Positions 63,857-64,000 of a stretch of DNA of 64,000 nt are shown in pieces. The translations under genes were made by a program, and so were the position numbers. The stretch's first letter is position 1, and each line of letters starts with the position of its first letter. The notes below the pieces were generated by a model. That model did not search any database, was not told the origin of the DNA, and was given only the letters and a program-made list of their open reading frames with translations. The DNA comes from Azolla caroliniana (taxonomy: Eukaryota > Plantae > Polypodiophyta). The DNA is taken from the NCBI GenBank assembly GCA_043228905.1, contig JBHGNT010000005.1:8742001-8806000 (forward strand). The letters are read 5' to 3'.

Positions 63857-64000
63857 GATTAGGGTTTGTGATTGAAATTTCTGATTAGGGTTTGTGATTG
63901 AAATTTCTGATTAGGGTTTTTGATTATAAATTTCTGATTAGAATTTTTGAATAGGGTTTCTGGTTACAAATTTTGATTACAAATTAGAATTTCTGAATAG
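63857..64000. repeat. 26-bp telobox-containing tandem repeat
   Basis: Unit gattagggtttgtgattgaaatttct, decaying rightwards. Confidence 0.75.

Noticed and set aside
63857-64000. Telomere or interstitial telomeric array
   Set aside because: Single TAGGGTTT motifs within a 26-bp unit, not tandem TTTAGGG.

Overview
The window has no recognisable host gene. It is a deeply nested retrotransposon cluster from a plant genome, probably a non-seed plant such as a fern (inferred from Tcn1-type chromoviruses, iMet-primed Copia elements and Trp-primed non-chromovirus Gypsy elements). Letters are my own labels. Nesting read from TG..CA ends, TSDs and interrupted frames: Copia O contains Copia L (about 10.7-55.3 kb, minus). 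L contains a LINE (itself split by Tcn1 element A1), Copia K (12.2-46.0 kb) and a solo-LTR-like insert holding the intact Copia M. K contains two solo LTRs, Copia J, Gypsy E (holding F, N and C) and Tcn1 element A2. To the right are Gypsy G and two inverted copies of non-coding LTR element D. Only Copia M has an intact polyprotein. The most unusual signal is a shared LTR architecture: an antisense tRNA-like A-box/B-box module at the outer U3 edge of four LTR families from two Gypsy lineages. In the three Tcn1-type families it is followed by phased heat-shock elements and a TATA box; the copies that retain a PBS (A1, A2, D') show a co-varying self-priming R/PBS pair. Both Gypsy lineages also carry conserved -1 frameshift cassettes. 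All coordinates and counts were read by eye; no searches were run.
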